DNA of 63,758 nt, filler included, from Octopus bimaculoides (GCF_001194135.2; 5 parts of 5 records of this genome joined end to end with filler, not necessarily neighbours in it); one strand, 5' to 3'. Shown: positions 26,481 to 39,315, numbered from the whole stretch's first letter. The notes: generated by a model from the letters alone, not told the origin. Numbers and translations: made by a program.

Positions 26481-27900
26481 GTGCGTGTATATATATGTAT
26501 ATATATATATGTATATATATGCATATATATATATATATGCATACATATAAATAGAGAAAAGGATAAAGTGAACAATGGTAAAGTTAGAAATATACAGCAC
26601 TTACTCGGTATTACCTGTATCTTTGGGTTTGGTTAAATCCAATACCCTTCTTAACCTTATATATGCATGTATGTATGTATATATATATATATATATNNNN
26701 NNNNNNNNNNNNNNNNNNNNNNNNNNNNNNNNNNNNNNNNNNNNNNNNNNNNNNNNNNNNNNNNNNNNNNNNNNNNNNNNNNNNNNNNNNNNNNNNNNNN
26801 NNNNNNNNNNNNNNNNNNNNNNNNNNNNNNNNNNNNNNNNNNNNNNNNNNNNNNNNNNNNNNNNNNNNNNNNNNNNNNNNNNNNNNNNNNNNNNNNNNNN
26901 NNNNNNNNNNNNNNNNNNNNNNNNNNNNNNNNNNNNNNNNNNNNNNNNNNNNNNNNNNNNNNNNNNNNNNNNNNNNNNNNNNNNNNNNNNNNNNNNNNNN
27001 NNNNNNNNNNNNNNNNNNNNNNNNNNNNNNNNNNNNNNNNNNNNNNNNNNNNGTATATATATATATGTATATATATGCATATATATATATATATGCATAC
27101 ACACATATTTCTGTGTATGTGTGTATGTGTGTCTTGGTGAAACCTTAAGCTGCAATACGCTGAAACTGGCCGGTAACACCTTTCTTTACGTCAATTGATT
27201 CAGCTTTGTTTCACACAACCATCAAAACGTCAAACATCTAAAAAGAACGTACACCTTCAGAAATTCTTTCAGATTGTTCTGTCGGCGAAAGCAATCTTAC
27301 ACCTGGTTATGTTTCTTCAAACAATGACGCATTAGTCGAGCAGACAGCAGAAAACATCTAGACGTATAGCGTGTAAAATAGTTTACAAGTGTCATTTGCC
27401 TACATATCTGGTGAAGAAGTAGCTTTTATGGTGTACGATTGGAAGTTTGAATCCTAGATACATTCGAGTTACTTTGTAGCCAAGTACTGTTAGTCGTGTA
27501 TTGCCCCTTCGAGATTTAGATTTCAGATTAATTAGTGTTTTCTAGTACTATACACGTGCTTTAAAGTTACGTAATGTGTCTCATGTGCAATGTATCGGAA
27601 CTGCTGAAAATATAAGATTAGCATGTTGAAAGTAAAGCTAGGGCCTGTCAAGCTCTTATTAATGAAAATGCTTAAATTTTCTTTCACTTTTAGATTATAT
27701 TTCTTTTTGGTTTGATGTGGTTAGTGAATAATATTTTAAATCTAGTAAACTTGCGGTACACTTATACATCGTTAACTGAAGCAAATATACTAACTAGCTC
27801 CACAGTGAAACTGCTAAAACACTAACATGCCGACACTGCTGCACTTCAGATAACACAGCACAGTCATACTTTGTAATGTTTGCTGTAAAATTAACTTTAG

Positions 27901-27916
27901 TTGATAGGACTGTGCA
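27901..27916 (+). CDS. Possible 16-nt micro-exon (phase 0 to 1): LIGLC
   Basis: Acceptor ttaactttag, donor GCA|gtatgg; it supplies the phase change needed between 26186 and 31215. Picked partly for phase fit, so support is weak. Confidence 0.3.
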
Positions 27917-28054
27917 GTATGGACATCTGCTACGTGGAAGTAAAATGCTACTGGAACTATGAATACCAGCGCATTAGATTTGTTTGCTAACGGTTGAGTT
28001 GGACCAACACAGCGACCACCAGTGTACCAGTAGTACATTTCATCTACATTCTTT

Positions 28055-28257
28055 TCTACTCTAGGCACAAAGCCCCCAAATTTTGGTGGAGGGGACCAGT
28101 CGATTAAATCGATCCCAGAACGTAACTGGTACTTAATTTATCAACCCCGAATGGCAAAGTCGACCTCGGCGGAATTTGAACTCAGAACGTAAAGACAGAC
28201 GAAATACCGCTAAGCATTTCGCCCGGCGTGCTAACGTTTCTGCCAGCTCGCCGCTTA
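28055..28257 (-). mobile_element. SINE family B, near consensus
   Basis: Reverse complement of full head and body. Confidence 0.9.
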
Positions 28258-28394
28258 GATGTCTTCGATATTGCTAAAAACACTGTGACTATGAAGGTTA
28301 ATGTATTGCAAAAGCAGAGCAAATGTGAAAGAGGTGTTGTTTAACTAAATATATATATATATATATATATATTATTCATCACGATGCCACCTTT

Positions 28395-28494
28395 NNNNNN
28401 NNNNNNNNNNNNNNNNNNNNNNNNNNNNNNNNNNNNNNTTAATTAATTAANNNNNNNNNNNNNNNNNNNNNNNNNNNNNNNNNNNNNNNNNNNN
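28395..28494. other. Artificial 100-bp contig-join spacer (44 N + TTAATTAATTAA + 44 N)
   Basis: Identical construct at 50002-50101, 58762-58861 and 61475-61574. Confidence 0.95.
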
Positions 28495-28531
28495 CTTCCT
28501 CCTCCCAAAAAGAAAAGCTCTACATTGTATT

Positions 28532-28573
28532 TGTCCCATCTTCGTTGAGCCCTGTGTGGCTAATAAAAGAAAT
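28532..28573 (+). repeat. 42-nt Tx1-type LINE 3' tail followed by (TATC)n, copy 1
   Basis: tgtcccatcttcgttgagccctgtgtggctaataaaagaaat; identical copy at 29232-29273. Confidence 0.7.
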
Positions 28574-28574
28574 G

Positions 28575-28637
<63 letters not shown>

Positions 28638-28942
28638 TTGTCAGTCAGTCTGTGTGTCTGTATGACTGTCTGTATATCTGCCCTGTCTGTCAAACTATCA
28701 ATCACCGTTATCTGCACATTATCTATCTCTTTACCTTCCTGATTGCTTCACTATCTTAATGGTTCTATGTTTTTCTCTTCATGTGCCTGTCTGTCCGCCT
28801 CATGTCCTGTACAGCCGATAATTTTGTTATTTACTCACTCCTCTGACTGCTTCGCTGTGGATGCATTGTACAGAATGGTTATGTCTGAATGTATGTCTGA
28901 ATGTACAGATGTATGTACATACATTTACACATATTATTGCTG

Positions 28943-29000
<58 letters not shown>

Positions 29001-29231
29001 CTGTGTCTGTGTGTCTGTCTGTCTATTTGTTTGTCTGTTCCCCTGTCTGTGTGTCACTGTCACTCTCTAATTTTCTGATTCTGTCTCTCTCCCTCNNNNN
29101 NNNNNNNNNNNNNNNNNNNNNNNNNNNNNNNNNNNNNNNNNNNNNNNNNNNNNNNNNNNNNNNNNNNNNNNNNNNNNNNNNNNNNNNNNNATTTACCTAT
29201 CCATCTATCTATCTATCTATCTATCTATCTA

Positions 29232-29273
29232 TGTCCCATCTTCGTTGAGCCCTGTGTGGCTAATAAAAGAAAT
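29232..29273 (+). repeat. 42-nt Tx1-type LINE 3' tail embedded in (TATC)n, copy 2
   Basis: Flanked on both sides by (TATC)n. Confidence 0.7.
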
Positions 29274-29274
29274 G

Positions 29275-29311
<37 letters not shown>

Positions 29312-29313
<2 letters not shown>

Positions 29314-30120
29314 AGTAGGGCCTTTCACTCAAACCATTTTTGCCACTGTCTCCCATCTTTTCACAAATTCACTCGGAGGTAGCACTTCTCTCTTCACCCT
29401 CGCTTTCCTTTCCAAGTGGAACTTAATAAAGTCGATGAAAACTTGACTTTGAAGGTGTCTTTCCTCAGTTCCTCCAGCCTCGTCCTTCACATAGCCTCTG
29501 AGTACAAGGCCTGGAACTGGAGGAGGGGGATAACCGATTACATCGACCGCAGTGCTCAATTGTGCTCAAGACCAGGGGCGCAGATGATCTAATGAATGGC
29601 ATTTTCAGTCAACGCCCTTTATGCTTGGCAGGGCTACATGGAGGACATTTTCAGGTTGGTATAAACCTTATGGTCGCCACAGACGTAGTACTGACCGCCG
29701 GGCCCGTACGAGATGTGAACACAGCGATGAAAGATTTAGTTTCCATATCATCTCCTGACACTGTATCATTGCATGATACAGATTATATCGTCCTTGATAA
29801 CCACAGGAAGGTCCTGTTAAGATAACTAGAATCTATTGCAGGATAGAACTTCGGGTGGATAAAAATTGGGACGTGGTTACGAGCCGTGAGGCCAGTATTA
29901 TCCTGAAATCAATTGAAAGGAAACTCCCACTCTGAAAAATCGAATAGAGTTGACAAATGCACTCATTTACTATCGTCTGATATTCGAACCTTACTGCATT
30001 TTTCATTTGACCAAACTGGAGTGTCTGCTTTCCGCTCCTTGAAGAAAGGAAGCGTTCCATCGATTAGGTGACCCATCGGTTGCCAATAGGTTTGCGGAGG
30101 GTTTGGTCTGCTGTGACTGA
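29312..30120 (-). mobile_element. Tx1/L1-clade LINE ORF2 3' fragment, decayed
   Basis: C-terminal FIDFIKFHLERKARVKREVLPPSEFVKRWETVAKMV* resembles L1/Tx1 ORF2 ends; upstream frames are broken. Confidence 0.7.
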
Positions 30121-30228
30121 TGATACGTAACCGTACACTAGGTAGAAGTATCTGAAGACATTCTGGACGGTGAGCAGGTGTGGCTGAACATTTTCAGGCA
30201 TGTTTTGCCACAGTTACTCTCTTTAACG

Positions 30229-30303
30229 GTGGAGGCGCAATGGCCCAGTGGTTAGGGCAGCGGACTCGCGGTCTTAGGATCGTAAGCGACGGAGTGCCAA
30301 CAA
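30229..30303 (+). mobile_element. 75-nt internally deleted SINE family C with a 13-bp TSD
   Basis: Head fused directly to tail; TSD actctctttaacg at 30216-30228 and 30304-30316. Confidence 0.9.
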
Positions 30304-30477
30304 ACTCTCTTTAACGAAGCTACAGTCCTGAGCCACGTGTCCTGATACTCTTTTACTGTCGTTTTCAAGCTTGTTTCCTCACATACGATTATATGTAAAC
30401 CACCAGTGTTTTTGTAATTTGACTTCATCCATCACCCATATAGCCATTATATAAATAAATAAATTATGATAATGATC

Positions 30478-30665
30478 TCAAAATTTGGCACAAGGCCAGC
30501 AATTTCGGGGTGGGGGTGGGGGAAAAGTAGATTATATTGGCCCCCAGTAGTGAACTGGCTCTTATTTTATCGATCCTTAGAAAATGAAAGATTAAGTCGA
30601 CCTCTGCGGAATATGAACTCAGAGTATAAAGACGGACAACGTTTCTGCTAGTTCACTGCCTTAAT

Positions 30666-30696
<31 letters not shown>

Positions 30697-30930
30697 GCAA
30701 CAACAATAATAATAATAATAATAATAATGAAGCTTTCTATTATAGGAACAAGGCCTGAAATTTGAGGGATGGGGATAGTCAGTTACATTGACCCCAATAC
30801 TCAACTAGCATTTATTTTATCGACCCCGTAAGGATGACAGGCAAAGTCAACCTCGGCGGAATTTGAACTCAGAACGTAAAGACGGACGAAATACTGCTAG
30901 GCATTTTACCCGGCGTGCTAACGATTCTGC
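30478..30930 (-). mobile_element. Two SINE family B copies separated by (CAA)n/(TAA)n
   Basis: Copies at about 30478-30662 and 30735-30930. Confidence 0.85.
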
Positions 30931-30945
30931 CACCACCACCACCAT

Positions 30946-31002
<57 letters not shown>

Positions 31003-31214
31003 AAAGTGAAATGAAATATGGTGGTGCGACAGAAAAATACTCAGACAGAAGTGTCTTAACGGCAATGAAATATATAACGGAAACGACGTTAGGTAATGTC
31101 AGCCATATACATCATCATCATCATCATCATCTTGATATTCTTCTCTTCCTTCTTCTTCTCCTTTCCCGCCTTCTTATCATCATCATCATCATCATCGTCA
31201 CCAAGGCCCTTCAG

Positions 31215-31256
31215 ATGAGAATGAGCTGGAAGCAAGAGGCCCCATAAGAAGAGACG
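31215..31256 (+). CDS. Putative 42-nt exon (phase 1 to 1): xENELEARGPIRRD
   Basis: Pyrimidine-rich upstream tract, acceptor ccttcag (alternative in-frame AG opens at 31206), donor ACG|gtaaat, open frame. Confidence 0.5.
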
Positions 31257-31742
31257 GTAAATTACAAGCAATTTCACGCCTTATAGATTATATTTACTGC
31301 AAAACAGATGTGGGAGATGAGATGAGCAGCAATTGGTGGGCACTTTTCATTCACGGACTGTCATTCAGACACTGTCACTAACTCTTGCATAACATACATA
31401 TATGCTCATACACTCACACACACGCGCGTTCCCCCCCCCCCCCTCGTACATACAAGCAGTACGTACGTGAGAACACATACATAGGGACATATACATATGC
31501 AAGCATCCTAAATTAACGAGAAACACACTGGAAGTTTAACTTATATGTAGTAAGCTTCACATACGTACACGCACACGGACACATAGACCCGTATGCACAC
31601 ACATATACGTACAACACACACGCACACACACGTACGCATGCACACATACAGAGATATGTTTCTACAATATTATACATGTTTATGGAAAATAATACAGAAC
31701 ATAAACGCTTTGTCTTTTCGTGATGTAATAGTTACTTTTCTC

Positions 31743-32234
31743 GTGGAGGCGCAATGGCCCAGTGGTTAGGGCAGCGAACTTGTGGTCTTAGGATCGCGGT
31801 TTCGATTCCCAGACCGGGCGTTGTGAGTGTTTATTGAGCGAAAACACCTAAGTTCCACGAGGCTCCGGCAGGGGATGATGGCGAACCCTGCTGTACTCTT
31901 TCACCACAAGTTTCTCTCACTCTTTCTTCCCGTTTCTGTTGTGCATGTAATTCAAAGGGCCNNNNNNNNNNGCTCCGGCAGGGGATGATGGCGAACCCTG
32001 CTGTACTCTTTCACCACAAGTTTCTCTCACTCTTTCTTCCCGTTTCTGTTGTGCCTGTAATTCAAAGGGCCAGACTTGTTCCACTCTGTGTCACGCTGAA
32101 TCTCCCCGAGAACTACGTTAAGGGTACACGTGTCTGTGGAGTGCTCAGCCACTTGCACGTTAATTTAATGAGCAGGCTGTTCGGTTGATCGGATCAACTG
32201 GAACCCTCGTCGTCGTAACCGACGGAGTGCCAAC
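31743..32234 (+). mobile_element. SINE family C (tRNA head gtggaggcgcaatggcccagtggttaggg), full length with an assembly-duplicated internal segment
   Basis: A box tggcccagtggttagg, B box ggtttcgattccc, tail gtcgtaaccgacggagtgccaac. Confidence 0.9.
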
Positions 32235-33358
32235 GAAATTGCTTTTCTTGTTGTGGTGAGGTGTTGCTCGTGGTGGAGATATTTTTGTTAGCGAGGAAAC
32301 AATCTATGATTAAACTCCAGTTGTGACCATCCCTTCTTTTCCTAAAATGCAGAGAACCGAATACTACATTATCCAACATCTTCTTTTCTAAGACGTTACA
32401 GCATGACTTAAGGTCGGCTTGTCTGCTATTTCTAGCCGGTTGAGCGACCAAATAGAGACTTCCTCAACGGTACATTACACTGTGTAACACGATTTTTGTT
32501 CTTAGGTAGTAACTGTTATTTCTTATTTGCTTACCCCTAGAAAGTATGAAAAACGGCTATTTCCTTCAAACTTTGTTTTTGTTTCATTTATTCAAACTCC
32601 AAAGAATCCCCTCTCAGCACATGTCTATGAAGCTCCCCCACTATTCTTGCTCATCACCAGAGAAGCATATATTGTCAGCCACTAAGGGACATGCTCAGAT
32701 GGTTAAGGTCATGCAACTGACAAGCAAATCTTTGATATTGAGCAGAATGTTTGCCATAACGATATTTCTGCTTCTGTAACACAACGCTGAAGCTCTCTGA
32801 AATGTAATGGAACAGAGGTCAGTTTCAAAACATTGATGTCCAGGTCACAAAAACACAGTTCGAAGGGGAGAGTAGTCATTTCCCTTGATTTCTAGACAGA
32901 AGTAAATAGAAAATATGACATAATAACGAGAGCCAAAACATATAAAACAATAAAAAATAAAAATTTTGCTACACTGTGTTCTTGATGCAGTCGCTTTTGT
33001 GCTGTTTCTGTACTGTTTGTATAACTTATGAAGGTCAGACAGTAAAATCAGACTTTGCGACCCTTTCCCAACCCTATAAGCCCCATTTCGGCTCCAATAT
33101 TGCCCGCACTGCACACGGATTCAAATCTTACTGTTTCACTGGGAGCTGATATCGTTTATTGTTTTATTGTTGATGTTGTTTTTGCTCTTGTTGTTGTTTT
33201 CGCTATTATTACCACTGTTGTTGTTTAGTCAGTTGTAAGTCAAACCTAGTCGGGTAGACATCTACGAAAAAAGATATTTCGGCCGTGACCATCTTGTCTT
33301 TTTATTTTTCAGGCACATATCCCAGTGTGTCAGTCCTTGTGTTCGGAATTATTTTTAC

Positions 33359-33417
<59 letters not shown>

Positions 33418-33569
33418 TGTGCGTGTGCGTGTGTGTGTGTGTGTATAAGTATAAACATAGATACATACATGTATATGTATCTCTGTTTATATACGTATAT
33501 AAGTGTACTCAAACGCACACATATATGTAGCACACACATGGACACTTACACACTCGCGCATGCACTCAA

Positions 33570-33632
<63 letters not shown>

Positions 33633-33699
33633 GACATACACACTGACACACACACCCTGTTGGCTCATGAAGAAGAGTTGGTTCTTAAGGCTTTCTCAA

Positions 33700-34330
33700 G
33701 CTTTCGAATACCAGTGTGTAGACTGGTGTGATTAGTGCGGTTAAAGTTCCTCATGAATATGTACAAGTCAACTGCTTGAGGTTGAAGAGAGAGGGAATTC
33801 CAAAGATCGGACATTCCGGGAAAGGAGGATAAAGAAGAATTCACCGTCCAAGAAGAATTCACCGTCCAAGTTGGGGGGAATACTGCATTGAGAACCTAAC
33901 CTCAGCTGCATAACGTATCGATAATTGTTGAAGTTTGAAATATCTTCTAGTGTTGAAGATAAAGGGCAGTGGCTGGGATGAAGTCCTAGATATGTTAAGG
34001 TTGTACTTTCGCAAGGAGATATTCTCGGCCATACTCAGACACAACATTTAGAGTGGTTGTGAGGTTTCTTGGCAGATGTTGCTCATGATTAAGTATGAGG
34101 TGGTGCGAACATGCTGTTTTGACAATTATAGCGTTTGCGTCTTCTTGCTGTTGGAAGAAACAAAACTGGCCTATTCCTAATTTTGGATGCATTCAAGATC
34201 TCTGTTTTTGGAGTTAGTTCGACTGTGAAGTGTGGTGTGTAGCAAAATCCGAAAGATCAATATAGACCTCTGCAGAGAGGAAGAAGACCAAAACTTTCGT
34301 GTGTAGAGAGGCTAGATTTACAGTTCAATG
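33700..34330 (-). mobile_element. LINE ORF2 3' end (CR1/L2/Jockey group), decayed
   Basis: SSFPGMSDLWNSLSLQPQAVDLYIFMRNFNR resembles the SFFPRT..LWNSLP...FK..IN terminus of these LINEs. Confidence 0.65.
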
Positions 34331-34619
34331 TCTGAGAATAATGCAAGCGACAGCAACGGCCATTTTGGTTCGAAATGAAATCTTTCTACATATATAGTTA
34401 TTGATTGATGCTTAGGAGAAATAGATAAATATTAGCTGAAACAGATGTTAGCGTAAAGTAATAAAATATCAAATAAATTCCGCCGCGTTATTGTTAAACT
34501 CTCTCATAATAGAATTCATATATAAGCAACTTAGGCAAGTATCTTGTACTATAGCCTCAGGCCGACCAAAGACTTGTGAATAGGTTTGGCAGATGGAAAC
34601 TGAAAGAACCCTATCGTAT

Positions 34620-34650
<31 letters not shown>

Positions 34651-35707
34651 CACACAGACACACACATATATGTATATATATACATATGTGTGTATGTACG
34701 TATGTGTGTGTGTGAGAGAGAGAGAGAGAATGNNNNNNNNNNNNNNNNNNNNNNNNNNNNNNNNNNNNNNNNNNNNNNNNNNNNNNNNNNNNNNNNNNNN
34801 NNNNNNNNNNNNNNNNNNNNNNNNNNNNNNNNNNNNNNNNNNNNNNNNNNNNNNNNNNNNNNNNNNNNNNNNNNNNNNNNNNNNNNNNNNNNNNNNNNNN
34901 NNNNNNNNNNNNNNNNNNNNNNNNNNNNNNNNNNNNNNNNNNNNNNNNNNNNNNNNNNNNNNNNNNNNNNNNNNNNNNNNNNNNNNNNNNNNNNNNNNNN
35001 NNNNNNNNNNNNNNNNNNNNNNNNNNNNNNNNNNNNNNNNNNNNNNNNNNNNNNNNNNNNNNNNNNNNNNNNNNNNNNNNNNNNNNNNNNNNNNNNNNNN
35101 NNNNNNNNNNNNNNNNNNNNNNNNNNNNNNNNNNNNNNNNNNNNNNNNNNNNNNNNNNNNNNNNNNNNNNNNNNNNNNNNNNNNNNNNNNNNNNNNNNNN
35201 NNNNNNNNNNNNNNNNNNNNNNNNNNNNNNNNNNNNNNNNNNNNNNNNNNNNNNNNNNNNNNNNNNNNNNNNNNNNNNNNNNNNNNNNNNNNNNNNNNNN
35301 NNNNNNNNNNNNNNNNNNNNNNNNNNNNNNNNNNNNNNNNNNNNNNNNNNNNNNNNNNNNNNNNNNNNNNNNNNNNNNNNNNNNNNNNNNNNNNNNNNNN
35401 NNNNNNNNNNNNNNNNNNNNNNNNNNNNNNNNNNNNNNNNNNNNNNNNNNNNNNNNNNNNNNNNNNNNNNNNNNNNNNNNNNNNNNNNNNNNNNNNNNNN
35501 NNNNNNNNNNNNNNNNNNNNNNNNNNNNNNNNNNNNNNNNNNNNNNNNNNNNNNNNNNNNNNNNNNNNNNNNNNNNNNNNNNNNNNNNNNNNNNNNNNNN
35601 NNNNNNNNNNNNNNNNNNNNNNNNNNNNNNNNNNNNNNNNNNNNNNNNNNNNNNNNNNNNNNNNNNNNNNNNNNNNNNNNNNNNNNNNNNNNNNNNNNNN
35701 NNNNNNN

Positions 35708-35746
<39 letters not shown>

Positions 35747-36129
35747 TGTACATACGTATATAAAGGACAAGAAAGTGACATAAGTAAGTAGATTATGGAG
35801 TTTGTTGATAGAATCATTTCATCTGGCATCCAGTTTAGTTAAAATTTCTTACGCGTTCTGAAATGTTGATGGTGATGATGATGATGAAGACGACGACGAC
35901 GACAATGATGATGATTATTATCGTTATCGTTACCAGCACCAGCACCACCACTAACACCGCTACAATCGTCACCACCATTTCCTCCACTGTCACCATAGCA
36001 ACCACTATCTTCATCGTCGTTGCCGTCGTCGTCATCAACACCACCACCATGACATCATGACATACAAGTGACCAAGACACTCCTCCTGAACAAGAACCCA
36101 GTCCTTTGTAGGTTTGAAAACTACATCGA

Positions 36130-36285
36130 TCTAAGTACTTGACTGGTACTTTATTTTATCGATCCTGAAGTGATGAAAAGTAAAGTTGACATCGGCGGTA
36201 TTTGAACTCGGAATGTACAGAACTAGAAGAAATGCTACTAAACATTTTGTACAATTTGCTAACGTTTCTGCTTGCTCGTCGCCTT
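36130..36285 (-). mobile_element. SINE family B
   Basis: Reverse complement of the family-B body. Confidence 0.75.
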
Positions 36286-36849
36286 ATATGTCTTTATTAC
36301 AAAGTAATAAAGTCGGATGTAGAGGATTCGTTGGACACAGTGTGAGGCGACTGTTGTTATCGTTAGGCCTAAACCATGTAAAGCAAATACTACCATGAAC
36401 GATATACAGACAACAGTGGAAAAGGCCAGCCTCCGGATTTGGTTAAAAAGAGACGATGAGCTATATTGAGCTATATTTGATAACCAGTTTATCTAGCAAG
36501 CGGGGCCTCATGTCAGTGAGGGGGCCGGTGTGCAATGATACCGTCGAGAAGTAGGCCCCGATCGGCGCGCATTCTTTCCTGATGACCCCATACACTTGCT
36601 AGCTTTCGGCATGCGGAGCTTTCGATTGGTAGCACTTGCATGTGCGAGTCGTTTGCAAAACATCACCGTATATATTTCTGTACTAGATTTGTGGGTAGTG
36701 TACTAGATTTGTTGAGTGTAATGGTCTGAAGCTGAAAACGGGGATATGCGATTTAGTGATGTCAAGGATTAAGCTTTTCTAAAATTTTTCGAGATGTGGG
36801 TCTGAACGATGTGTTTTTGTTGGGTATTAGAATTGTTTTTAATTTTTGT

Positions 36850-37025
36850 TTCAAATTTCGGCACAAGGCCAACTATTTCCTGGGAGGGGCTAAGAAGATA
36901 AGTCGATCACTTCGACCCCGATAGGATGAAAGGCAGAGTCGACCAAAGCGGAATTTGAATTCAGAACGTAAGGTCAGATGAAATACCACTAAGCATTTTC
37001 CCGGTGTATTCGCAATTCTGCTGTT
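36850..37025 (-). mobile_element. SINE family B
   Basis: Reverse complement of the family-B body. Confidence 0.75.
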
Positions 37026-37314
37026 TCTCTACTTTAGAGTCGTTTTGATTTAATCGTTTAATTTAATTTTAATCATTTTAATTTTTATCAAGCTAAAGTT
37101 CTAACAATTTAACAGTCCTTGTACGAATAATATTAGAGAGAATGAATATTAGCGAGTGATTGCTTTAGGCCCTATGTATTCTCAGTGCATGGTCGTGATA
37201 TTGTCAACCCTTGAGAAGCTTCTTGTTTAGATTTTGCTAAAGTGCTTTTGTGCGTCTGCAGAAAGAAGAGATCACAATCATGAAAGGTTCTTGTCTTTTT
37301 TTTTTGTAGATAGA

Positions 37315-37745
37315 CATAGGAGTGGCTGTGTGGTANNNNNNNNNNNNNNNNNNNNNNNNNNNNNNNNNNNNNNNNNNNNNNNNNNNNNNNNNNNNNNNNN
37401 NNNNNNNNNNNNNNNNNNNNNNNNNNNNNNNNNNNNNNNNNNNNNNNNNNNNNNNNNNNNNNNNNNNNNNNNNNNNNNNNNNNNNNNNNNNNNNNNNNNN
37501 NNNNNNNNNNNNNNNNNNNNNNNNNATGTTTGTGTGTCTGTGTTTGGTCCCCCCCCAACATTGCTTGACAACCGATGCTGGTGTGTTAACGTCCCCATAA
37601 CTTAGTGGTTCGGCATAAGAGACTGATAGCATAAGTACTAGGCTTACAAAGAATAAGTCCTGGGGTCGATTTGCTTGACTAAAGGCAGTGCTCCAGCATG
37701 GCCACAGTTAAATGACTGAAACAAGTAAAAGAGTAAAAGAGAGAG
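37315..37745 (+). mobile_element. SINE family A spanning a gap
   Basis: Head ggagtggctgtgtggta before the gap and a near-consensus tail after it. Confidence 0.85.
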
Positions 37746-38001
37746 TAAAGCGAGAGAGGGTGGATAGTTTTCGAGAAGCGCCTTGCAATGACGTCATTGA
37801 TATTGCAGTGTTAGTGATATTTGAGTTTGTTATTGTGTCATGGGATGTAGTAAGGCCTTTGTTATCGATGATGCGATACTGGTAATTGCACTATGATTAC
37901 TCTATAATTATTCTCGTGTTATGAGCATATAGTTAGATCCCTTGTATTAACGACTATAACCAGGGTGCGCCACGTGTACTTTTCTTTCATTTAACAGACA
38001 A

Positions 38002-38611
38002 CAGTAATACCTCACTTCGCGTGGACCCACTTTACCAGATCCCGGGTTTACGAGTTTTATCTTATAATAAATATCAAGATCCAAAGTTTGAACGAAGTGC
38101 AAAAGTTTCTACTACCGTAACAAATGCTTCTGCGTGTTACCGAGAAATTTATGGAGAGCGAAAGAAAGCTTCTTCTAAGCTATCAACTTTGAACTTGTTT
38201 TTTAAAAAGAAATCTACGAGTCCGTCTCCGAGTGCTTGTGGATCAGCGATCGCGTCTGCAAGTGATGTTGTGCGCGAGTCTAGTGCGAGTAAAAGAGATT
38301 CAGAAAACGATTATGATAATAATGCCTTTTTATTATAAATGATCGTGACATTCCTTTTACTCTACATAGAATATTCTTTACATTCTACTGTTACTTTATT
38401 GCCGTTTATTTACGATTATTATAAATTTTATAGGTAAAATATTTTTCTGGAGACAAATTATGATGTATAACATTATTACTGTGGGAATTTCTAGGGACGA
38501 ATTATGATTTATAACATTACTACTGTGAGAAATTATAGCACTGCTTTACGAGTTTTTGTTTTACGGATGATCACCGGGAAACAAATTAACTCGTATGTCG
38601 AGGCGTTACTG
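38002..38611 (+). mobile_element. Tigger/pogo-like non-autonomous DNA transposon
   Basis: TIRs cagtaatacctc and gaggcgttactg (10/12 match), TA after the right end; internal NASACYREIYGERKK...TLNLFFKKK matches the Tigger transposase C-terminus. Confidence 0.75.
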
Positions 38612-39227
38612 TATATTTCTTTAAGAAGTTAAGATGCCATCAGAGAGAGAATGTTTGCTATTTCTAGTCGGCTGAGAGACCACTTAGAAGCCACCCTCTG
38701 TTTAGATGATGTATATATTTGTAGGGCATTCTTAAGAGGATGGGAGGTGTTGTAATTTAGCCGTTGTGGTGTTGGTGGAGAACTACTTAGTTATTCGAGA
38801 GGTCTCAGTTGCGGTCGTGGAGAGGAGATTTCTCTCGACTGGCTATTATTTGATTATCAGTGAGCAAGAATTTACCGGACAAATGTCGCCATGTTTTATA
38901 TTCACTCGCTGTCCATTTTTGTTTATATTTGTGCTGGCTGAATTACTATTTTCTTTGTGTGTGTGTGTGTTTTTTAACCCAACTAACCTTCCACCCTTTA
39001 TTATTCCAGCTAACCTTCACACTACCCCTATTACATTATTACGCAGTTATCTTCCGCTAAACGGATGGGTGCTTTATAATAGTTAGGATCAATGTTTTAT
39101 GCGTGGATATCGTAGCATTTTGATTGGCTGCTCATGTGTATGTATTACAAACGCACATTTACACACAAACATATGTACATGTGGACATATATACGTACAT
39201 TTATATATCTGCATGTAGTGTTTACGA

Positions 39228-39258
<31 letters not shown>

Positions 39259-39273
39259 CATAAATGTATACGT

Positions 39274-39315
<42 letters not shown>

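Noticed and set aside
27273-27361. Candidate exon reading IVLSAKAILHL (phase 0) or DCSVGESNLTPGYVSSNNDALVEQTAENI* (phase 1)
   Set aside because: The phase-0 reading gave a tempting STAS-like join but needs a very poor donor (gttatg); the phase-1 reading is incompatible with the preceding exon. STAS/SLC26 assignment not supported.
28574-29311. CRISPR-like or repeat-spacer array
   Set aside because: Only two copies of a 42-nt retroelement tail among microsatellites in eukaryotic DNA; no cas genes or regular spacing.
31743-31830. tRNA gene
   Set aside because: A and B boxes are present, but the sequence continues into a SINE body and lacks a closing acceptor stem. All tRNA-like heads in the window are SINEs.
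33313-33360. Exon-like segment GTYPSVSVLVFGIIFT with strong splice signals
   Set aside because: The acceptor lies in a dispersed repeat (gaccatc...ttttatttt) and the donor is the start of a (GT)n microsatellite; likely a pseudo-exon.
38021-38338. 105-aa ORF as a host gene
   Set aside because: It lies between Tigger-like TIRs and matches a transposase C-terminus; a transposon remnant.
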